From contig OZ037767.1 in the NCBI GenBank assembly GCA_964035545.1, positions 31,760,628 to 31,824,627 on the forward strand: a DNA stretch of 64,000 nucleotides, in the 5' to 3' direction. Below are positions 54,310-64,000 of this stretch, piece after piece; position 1 is the first letter of the stretch; each line of letters opens with the position of its first letter. This DNA comes from Bugula neritina. Lineage: Eukaryota > Animalia > Bryozoa. The notes under the pieces are model-generated. The model was not told where the DNA came from. It worked only from the letters and a program-made list of their open reading frames with translations, and searched no databases. The position numbers were made by a program, and so were the translations under genes.

Positions 54310-55257
54310 GTCAGTCAGTCTAACTATTGTGTAGCTAATCGGGGAGTCAGTCTGTGATAACCTATATGGCAATATTGATGTGTCTTGGCTAAAATAAAGA
54401 AAATAATTGTTTGGTGGTAAGTTGATATCAATTAGTATAAACTTTATCCTTATAGGCTCATCTAATTATTCTAATCATTTACATTCATAGAAATTTGACG
54501 GTTTGATATACTTTAAATTATATGGACTCCTTTCAGCTAACTGCTGAGAAGTTAAAAACTAACTGCTAGATTTCTTTAGTTCTCATATTGAAACAAATTT
54601 AACTGACCCCCTTTACTCCTTCAATGGCCCCTTTACTCCCTCAATGGCCCCTTTACTCCTCCTCAACGCCCCTTTTCCCTCCTCAACGCCCCCATCATTT
54701 TTCAACTGACCAATAATATGCCAAGAAAACGGAATTCACATATATTTAAATATTATTGACTTAAATGTCTTTCTAATAAGTGGACACTTGTGCTATACTG
54801 TATAAACCCGTCTCTAGATTGACCAAAGCTCCTTTCCAACATATCAATTACCCCGTATAGAAACACAAGTGTTGAACAACAATGACAAATATTATTGGTT
54901 TTCTTTATTGAACTGCTCTTCTTTGTGTTTGATTATTGTTGAATTGCCTTTGACACAATTACATATTTACATGGTAGTTATTTGTCTATCACTTTCCATC
55001 CTATCGATTGCTTTCTGACAAAGATGTTCTCGTAATGCTCATTGATTTTTGTAAGATGTTGGTAGAGCTGGTGTTACCTACAGTTTACCTGTCAAACATT
55101 ACACCATCAGTATACCTGATGGTTCACATCTCAACGCTCTAGCTTCTCTTATTGGTAAGTTGTTTATTTCTTCTCAGCCTTCTGCAGTCTGTGTGTCACA
55201 CTTAATTTGTTTTACTTGTGTTGTTCATGCTGATAAAATTTATTTTCTAGACCCAAG

Positions 55258-58200
55258 ATGACGCATTTGGGGCGTTTTTCCAGCTTATTGACAACAGTGG
55301 GCATTATTCTGGTAAGTTTTGCTTTCAGAGCAAAAACAAATTTTGATTTCTGAGTTAGTGGTTTGCCTTCACATAGGCGTGTCATATGAAGTTAACTTCA
55401 TCAGTATGAATATTACAGTGTAGTGTTACATTGTTACATTCTGTATATGGTATAAATACTCTCTACGTATTTCATCTGCTCGAAGACCTTCCCAGACAGG
55501 CCCAGTTTAAGAGTGTCTTTATTTGTTTCTGGTTTCAGATTCTAGCAGAGGAAGGAATCTCGTATGACACAAACCTTTGTGAGTATCCTACACTATATAT
55601 ACTTACTCTACATTGTATACTTACTATATACTATATACTTACAATGTACTCACTTTCTATATACTTACTTATTCTATACTTCTTCAGACCGAGAGGGATG
55701 CTACCCCTTCCCCCCAGATCACTCATTTGAGTATTTACCACCGACGTCTGCACTGATGTCTGCAGATGAATGCAGGACGGACTGCTCCCTCTACAGGTCA
55801 GTGTTTCCTGTGCTACATCTATATTTCTATACCTGTTACTTTTATACCCTTATACCTGTTACCTGTATACCTCTATACCTCTATACCTGCTACCTGTATA
55901 CCTGCTACCTGTATACCTGTATACCTCTATACCTAGGTGCTGGCACTATATATTATAAATTATATGAAGAATAATTTGCGTAGCATTTTCTATAGATACT
56001 CTCTGATTCTGTATTGCAGTTACGCAACGCTATGGATAGGTGAAATATGCAGTTGTTTTAATGACATCCCAACAACTGTAGCCTCAGATTCTTCATGTGA
56101 CCTACCCTGTGACGGTAATACACACGATATATCATCATATGTATTACTCATGATATATCATAATATAATACACACGATATATCATCATATATATATTACA
56201 CACGGTATATCATCATATATATTACACACGATTTTTTGCAATGTGTATTACATACGGTATATCAATGTGTATTGATTTTATTGATTAAATGTATAGTATA
56301 ATTGAACATGCATCATATACATACCACATATCATATCATCTATCACGTCATCTCACAGGTAACTCAGGAGAAACATGTGGCGGTGCAGATCACATGACTG
56401 TGTTTAGAGCCAAAGCCATTGATGAGAGAACCCCGACAAACCTAACTGTGGAGGATACGCTAACCTTATCTACTGACCCCTTCCGTAAGATTCCCGTGTG
56501 GTCAATAAGCCTAAATGTGTAGTTGATATTAATATCATATGATGAATATTCTCCGGTACTGTTGATATGATGAATATGTGTAACTGTTTGTATGATTTGA
56601 TTTACCAGAATTGACTGGATGGGAGACGCACGAGGCGAGAGTCAATGGGTTTCAGGGATCAACATCTCCTACTTATCGCATCCAGGTGGCTGACGGTGAG
56701 TGAAGTAGACTGCTATATATAGCTTATAGCTTATAGCTTATCACAATTCTTTGCCCACTGTCCGTTGTCTGTTGTATTCATATGATGGTTTTGTTAATTC
56801 AATGTGACTGTGGTATTGACTCAATACTCAAGATAGAAAGCGTATGACATGCTAACACAACTCCTAATTTGATACTATGCAAACAGGAAGTTGGCGACCG
56901 ACTGATGAAGGTGTGTACGACGCAGCAAGTGGGACTCACAAGATCACTCTCTTAAGACCCAGTCATGCGTATGAGTTGCTCTCTACGACTACTGATGTGG
57001 ACTCGAGCGTGCTCACTTCCTCTCTGGTGGTGGAGGTAAATATGTCAACATGTGCAGTGTGTTTACTGAATAGAAATGTGTTGAACTTCAGCTATATCCT
57101 GTCACCATATTGAGTCACATGACCTGCTCTTGCAGACGAAGAGACCTCTCTCTGACATCACACTCAGCTGCCCTCAGTACGCCGCATCTACACGGGAGAT
57201 CGAGTGCCATATTCATGCTACTGGAAACAAGATGGAGGTTAAGTTGGATTTTGGAGACGGAACGGCTGTAAGAAACATCAACCTCGGGGGTATACTGCAT
57301 TCATTCTATTACTATTATTATTTATAGAGTCTGTCTATGTGATGAAAGCATAAGTTGATAGATTTTGTAGAGAGTTTAGAGAGTCTGAATTGTTGTATTA
57401 TTAGGATATTATGTTTGTAGAACGTGTTGACACTGTGCCGAGGTTTGTACGAGTAACATTGTATTGTAGACACAATCACTGACACATACGGCTCTACTGA
57501 CACCTTTGACCTCCCCACTGCCAGTGATGTTGTCGCCAATGAGCTCTATTTTATACCTCACTTTGTGTTCAAACGAGCAGGCAGACTCTTGGGCTTCAAG
57601 TTTCATGCAACTCGGTTTGATTCCAGCGTTACTTTTAAGGTAAGTGTATTACATAATCAGTAGATGTATTATATAATCAGTAGATGTATTATATAATCAG
57701 TAAATGTATTATATAATCAGTAGATATATTATATAATCATAGATATATAATCAGTAGATGTATTATATAATCAGTAGATGTATTATATAATAAGTAGATG
57801 TATTATATAATCAGTAGATATATTATATAATCAGTAGATATATTATATAATCAGTAGATATATTACATAATCAGTATATATATTACAATATACTGTAGAT
57901 ATACAGACCGAGATGCAGTGACACGGACACCGCGTACTGCTATTTTTCTGACTCATGTATCAGTGTAAACGACACGTGTAACGGACTGCTAGACCAGCGC
58001 TCCACCGCCTGCGCCGCTCCCAACGTCTGGAGCTTCTCCAAGAGGAAGTGTGTAGATAGCAGCGGGGAGGAGCCTCACCAGGACAAGAAACTTATACAAG
58101 GTGCGAGAGTGAACAGCGTCCTGTCGTGTTATGTAATGTTATGTAATGTTACACCATGCTGATACATGCTGATACCTGCTGATACCTGCTGATACCTGTT

Positions 58201-61200
58201 GATACCTGTTGATACCTGTTGATACCTGTTGATACCTGCTGATACCTGTTGATACCTGTTGATACCTGTTGATACCTGTTGATACCTGCTGATACCTGCT
58301 GATACCTGTTGATACATGCTGATACCTGTTGATACCTGTTGGTACCTGTTGATACCTGTTGATACCTGTTGGTACCTGTTGATACCTGTTGATACCTGTT
58401 GATACCTGTTGATACCTGCAACTTATTATGTAATATCTTACAGATGTGGGCGGGGACAGCGTGGAGCTAGTCTACGAGTTCACCCCAACAGTCAGTCAGG
58501 ATGGGTGGCAGTCCCACGCCACTCCTAGTGATAAGTTCTCAGTACTTGCAGGTACTCAGTCTATACTGCGTAGTGTGCTCTACTCAACAACCTCTACTCA
58601 ACAACCTCTACTCCACAACCTCTACTCCACAACCTCTACTCCACAACCTCTACTCCACAACCTCTACTCCACAACCTCTACTCAACAACCTCTACTCTAC
58701 ATCCTTTACTCAACATCCTTTACTCAACGTCCTCTACTCAACAACCTCTACTCAACATCCTCTACTCAACATCCTCTACTCAACAACCTCTACTCCACAA
58801 CCTCTACTCAACAACCTCTACTCAACAACCTCTACTCAACATCCTCTACTCTACATCCTCTACTCAACATCCTCTACTCAACATCCTCTACTCTACATCC
58901 TTTACTCAACATCCTCTACTCAACAACGTCTACTCAACAACCTCTACTCAACATCCTCTACTCAACTGGTTGTTGGAAAGATTTATTGATTTCCAATTCT
59001 CCTCAAATACTGTACTTATTAATTAGCACTTCGCATTGTTCAATTTTCTATAAACATTGTTGTTTCATTGCTAACCCATCAGTTCACTGTATTATTTTAT
59101 GTAATATATCTCTGTGATGTAATATATCTCCGTGATATAATATACATCTCTGTAATATAATATATCTCTGTAATATAATATATCTCTGTAATATAATATA
59201 TATCTGTAATATAATATATCTCTCTAATATAATATATATCTCAGTAATATAATATATATCTGTAGTGTAATATAATATATATCTGTAATATAATATATAT
59301 CTGTAATATAAAATATATCTGTAGTATAATATATCTTTGTAATATAATATATATCTGTAATATAATATATATCTGTAATATAATATATATCTGTGATATA
59401 ATATATCTGTAATATAATATATATCTGTAATATAATATATATATGTAATATAATATATATCTGTAATATAATATATATCTGTAATATAATATATATCTGT
59501 AATATAATATATCTCTCTAATATAATATATATCTCAGTAATATAATATATATCTGTAGTGTAATATAATATATATCTGTAATATAATATATATCTGTAAT
59601 ATAAAATATATCTGTAGTATAATATATATCTGTGATATAACATATATTTGTAAGATAATTTATCTGTAATATAATATATATCTGTAATATAATATGTCTG
59701 TGTAATGTAGCAGTGAACGTCTCTGTGTTTTATTCAGAGGTTAAAGCCACCTGTAATAGGATGTTACATTACAAATTGGCTGGCCTCTACCAACTGTCAA
59801 AGCTAGACTGAGTTCCATATAATAATTATTATTATGTAGGCGATATGGTGGGCATGGTACACACTTCCGCTACTGGCATTGTTAGCTATGTCAACAGAAA
59901 CAAAGGGATCCGGGGGTATAGGGGGGCTATATCCACCTCTACACTCCTGCCAAGTCTCTCTACAACCTTTACCTATGACTACTTATTGGAGGCTTATGTA
60001 GCTAGACCAGTAGAGGTCATTGTGAAGAAAACCTACCCTGGTATGTATACAATGTCAAAGTGAACGTTACTCAATGACCTTGAACCTAAGTATTCATCTA
60101 AACTCTAAGATATATAGGTTCAGCAACTACTTTTTATACTTGGCATTATTATGTTAGTACTCTGCTAGCACTCTGCTATTACTCTGCTATTACTCTGCTA
60201 GTACTCTGCTATTACTCTGTTATTGCTCTGCTATTACTCTGCTATTACTCTGTTAGTACTCTGCTAGTACTCTGCTAGTACTCTGCTAGCACTCTGCTAT
60301 TACTCTGCTAGTACTCTGCTAGCACTCTGCTATTACTCTGCTATTACTCTGCTATTACTCTGCTAGTACTCTGCTATTACTCTGTTATTGCTCTGCTAGT
60401 ACTCTGCTATTACTCTGCTATTACTCTGCTAGTACTCTGCTATTACTCTGCTATAACTCTGCTATTACTCTGCTATTACTCTGCTATTACTCTGCTATTA
60501 CTCTGCTAGTACTCTGCTATTACTCTGCTAGTACTCTGCAATTACTCTGCTATTACTCTGCTAGTACTCTGCTATTACTCTGCTAGTACTCTGCTATTAC
60601 TCTGCTATTACTCTGCTAGTACTCTGCTATTACTCTGCTATTACTCTGCTAGTACTCTGCTATTACTCTGCTAGTACTCTGCTAGTACTCTGCTATAACT
60701 CTGCTATTACTACAGATGAAGTTGATGAGGCAAACGTCACTGTGAACGTGTCATCTGTAGAGGACAATGTGACGCTCTCAGATACAGCCTACATCGACGT
60801 GCAAGTAGAGATCACGGACCTTCACCTCTTGACCAACTACTCGGGTATTACTTCCTGAACGTTTAGTTCTACTCAGTACTGACAATACCCTGTAATATAC
60901 TTCTCTAATGAAAGTTCTAAGAATACTTACATGGTATACATGTATATCTGTCTAGTACTAACTTATACACATGACTACTAAATTGATTTTGGCTTTTAGA
61001 TGTCTTGCAAAGACACCCACTCTGTAAGCTGGTACTTGTTGTAACTTTGTTGTAAATGTGTCACATTATAACTAACTTGTGTCACATTATTACTAACTTG
61101 TGTCACACTATTACTAACTTGTGTCACACTATAACTAACTTGTGTCACACTATAACTAACTTGTGTCACACTATAACTAACTTGTGTCACACTATAACTA

Positions 61201-64000
61201 ACTTGTGTCACACTATAACTAACTTGTGTCACACTATAACTAACTTGTGTCACACTATTACTAACTTGTGTCACACTATAACTAACTTGTGTCACACTAT
61301 AACTAACTTGTGTCACACTATAACTAACTTGTGTCACACTATAACTAACTTGTGTCACACTATAACTAACTTGTGTCACACTGTCTAACTTGTGTCATAC
61401 TATAACTAACTTGTGTCATACTATAACTAACTTGTGTCACACTATAACTAACTTGTGTCACACTGTCACAGTGACTAAAAATCTCATCAAAGATTGTGAC
61501 GGATCAGAGTACGCTGGTAAGATTGTGTTGTGACAGATTTCGCTGCCGTTTGTGTCGTGACCTCACTTCTGCTGTTGCTGCCAATGCTGTTATTACGTGT
61601 TCTCTGTTTGTGATCTTGTCCTTTCTGCTTTGTGTGAAACTGAATCACTGCATGTCATCTGCATGTATCTACCACTCTATTGTATTCCCATGTAATGCTA
61701 TACTCTATTGTATTCCCATGTAATGTTACACTCTATTGTATTCCCATGTAATGCTACACTCTATTGTATTCCCATGTAATGCTATACTCTATTCTATTCC
61801 CATGTAATGCTACACTCTATTCTATTCCCATGTAATGCTACACTCTATTCTATTCCCATGTAATGCTACACTCTGCTTACTACACTATCTATTTTATGTG
61901 CTATACTCTATGTGCTATACCCTGTATACTATATGCTATACCCTGTATACTATATGCTATACCCTGTATACTCTATGCTATACCCTGTATACTCTATGCT
62001 ATACCCTGTATACTATATGCTATACCCTGTATACTATATGCTATACCCTGTATACTATATGCTATACCCTGTATACTATATGCTATAACCTATCCCCAAT
62101 ACGCCAAGTGCTATGACACACACTGTTACCATCTTCTAGGAACTACTAACTACACTCACCTGTTCTACGTGCCGAGTCACCCCGGTGAGCTGCCCAAGTA
62201 CACTGTACGATGGGGCGACGGCACGCGACGACTGCAGACGTTTAATGCTAAGTTTGATCACATCTACCGGATAGGAGGGGTATTCAACGTGACACTAGAC
62301 GCTCACAATGCTGTGAGTAGGAACCACAGCTGGGTGAGTCTCGTATAACACAGTATATGCTTGTAGTATAACACATTATATCCTTGTAGTATAACACAGT
62401 ATATCCTTGTAGTATAACACATTATATCCTTGTAGTATAACACATTATATCCTTGTAGTATAACACATTATATCCTTGTAGTATAACACATTATATCCTT
62501 GTAGTATAACACAGTATATCCTTGTAGTATAACACATTATATCCTTGTAGTATAACACATTATATCCTTGTAGTATAACACAGTATATGCTTGTAGTATA
62601 ACACATTATATCCTTGTAGTATAACACAGTATATGCTTGTAGTATAACAAGTTATATCCTTGTAGTATAACACATTATATCCTTGTAGTATAACACATTA
62701 TATCCTTGTAGTATAACACAGTATATGCTTGTAGTATAACACATTATATCCTTGTAGTATAACACAGTATATGCTTGTAGTATAACAAGTTATATCCTTG
62801 TAGTATAACACATTATATCCTTGTAGTATAACACATTATATGCTTGTAGTATAACACATTATATCCTTGTAGTATAACACATTATATCCTTGTAGTATAA
62901 CACAGTATATCCTTGTAGTATAACACATTATATCCTTGTAGTATAACACATTATATGCTTGTAGTATAACACATTATATCCTTGTAGTATAACACAGTAT
63001 ATGCTTGTAGTATAACACATTATATCCTTGTAGTATAACACATTATATCCTTGTAGTATAACACATTATATCCTTGTAGTATAACACAGTATATCCTTGT
63101 AGTATAACACAGTATATGCTTGTAGTATAACACATTATATCCTTGTAGTATAACACATTATATCCTTGTAGTATAACAAGTTATATCCTTGTAGTATAAC
63201 ACATTATATCCTTGTAGTATAACACAGTATATGCTTGTAGTATAACAAGTTATATCCTTGTAGTATAACACATTATATCCTTGTAGTATAACACAGTATA
63301 TCCTTGTAGTATAACACATTATATCCTTGTAGTATAACACATTATATCCTTGTAGTATAACACATTATATGCTTGTAGTATAACACAGTATATGCTTGTA
63401 GTATAACACATTATATCCTTGTAGTATAACACATTATATCCTTGTAGTATAACAAGTTATATCCTTGTAGTATAACACATTATATGCTTGTAGTATAACA
63501 CATTATATCCTTGTAGTATAACACAGTATATCCTTGTAGTATAACACAGTATATCCTTGTAGTATAACACAGTATATCCTTGTAGTATAACACATTATAT
63601 CCTTGTAGTATAACACATTATATCCTTGTAGTATAACACATTATATGCTTGTAGTATAACACAGTATATCCTTGTAGTATAACACAGTATATCCTTGTAG
63701 TATAACACATTATATCCTTGTAGTATAACACTTCTAACTGGCATAAAATAATACACTATCTGTGACTGGTTTCTTTGCAGACTACCGTAGCCATTCAGGA
63801 TGAAATACTTGGACTGAGTTTAGATAAAGACTATTTTATTACGGCACTGGACAACCAATCAACTCTCTTCATTTCCATAGACCAAGGAACTAACGTTACG
63901 TACACAATCACTATATATGACCAGACTAACACTGTGTATGTTCTGCGTCATGACCAGGATAATGCAGACGTTCCTGGGGAAAATCACGGTGGGTCATACG
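55258..64000 (+). CDS. Polycystin-1-like (PKD1/REJ-family-like) protein, N-terminal part with signal peptide, WSC and PKD-type domains; truncated by the window end
   Basis: Spliced frame MTHLGRFSSLLTTVGIILILA|EEG; WSC domain YREGCY..MSADECRTDC..YATLWIGEICSC..CDLPCDGNSGETCGG..MTVF; PKD-type motifs KLDFGDG and VRWGDG..HIYRIGGVFNVTLDAHNAVS; frame still open at 63781-64000. REJ/GPS/TM regions are not in the window. Confidence 0.72.
57645..57888. repeat. 20-bp intronic minisatellite
   Basis: Unit GTATTATATAATCAGTAGAT. Confidence 0.9.
58160..58420. repeat. 10-bp intronic minisatellite
   Basis: Unit GATACCTG(C/T)T. Confidence 0.94.
58580..58967. repeat. 14-bp intronic minisatellite
   Basis: Unit CTCTACTC(A/C)ACAAC. 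Confidence 0.92.
59100..59700. repeat. About 18-20-bp AT-rich intronic minisatellite
   Basis: Unit TCTGTAATATAATATATA. Confidence 0.9.
60155..60711. repeat. 11-bp intronic minisatellite
   Basis: Unit TACTCTGCTA(T/G). Confidence 0.94.
61058..61464. repeat. 21-bp intronic minisatellite
   Basis: Unit TTGTGTCACACTATAACTAAC. Confidence 0.94.
61673..62090. repeat. Two adjacent intronic minisatellites (about 29 bp, then 21 bp)
   Basis: CTCTATTGTATTCCCATGTAATGCTACA, then TATGCTATACCCTGTATACTA. Confidence 0.9.
62345..63731. repeat. 23-bp intronic minisatellite filling an intron
   Basis: Unit TAGTATAACACATTATATCCTTG. Confidence 0.96.

Noticed and set aside
55056-55154. Open AG..GT segment as the first coding exon of the polycystin-like gene
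   Set aside because: Its phase-1 reading meets TGA in the next exon, whereas ATG 55258 gives a clean signal peptide. It is more likely a 5'UTR exon.

Overview
AT-rich eukaryotic (invertebrate metazoan-type) genomic DNA with compact, GT-AG intron-rich genes. Exon structures were read by hand. Left to right: a gene-poor region with a decayed pogo/Tigger-like transposase and nested non-autonomous TIR elements (about 5.7-12.6 kb); a tail-to-tail pair of PLP-dependent class-V C-S lyase paralogues of the L-cysteine desulfhydrase / Egt2 family (12.8-22.9 kb); a LOTUS+Tudor piRNA-pathway gene (TDRD5/Tejas-like); COX4; a CSAD-type acidic amino-acid decarboxylase; ADI1; a transmembrane C-type lectin-domain gene; and the 5' part of a WSC/PKD-domain polycystin-1-like gene running off the right edge. 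Most long ORFs in the supplied track are artefacts of intronic minisatellites. The most striking structure is that many internal introns each carry a private, young minisatellite, and at least ten of these units are copies of that intron's own splice junction, giving ladders of duplicate splice sites. First or 5'UTR introns instead carry degenerate 3/6-bp-periodic tracts. Other notable points are patchwork near-identity between the two lyase paralogues, an in-frame TAG in the lectin stalk exon, and two independent coding repeats in the Tudor gene that share a PPLE motif. No database searches were possible; family calls rest on recognised motifs.
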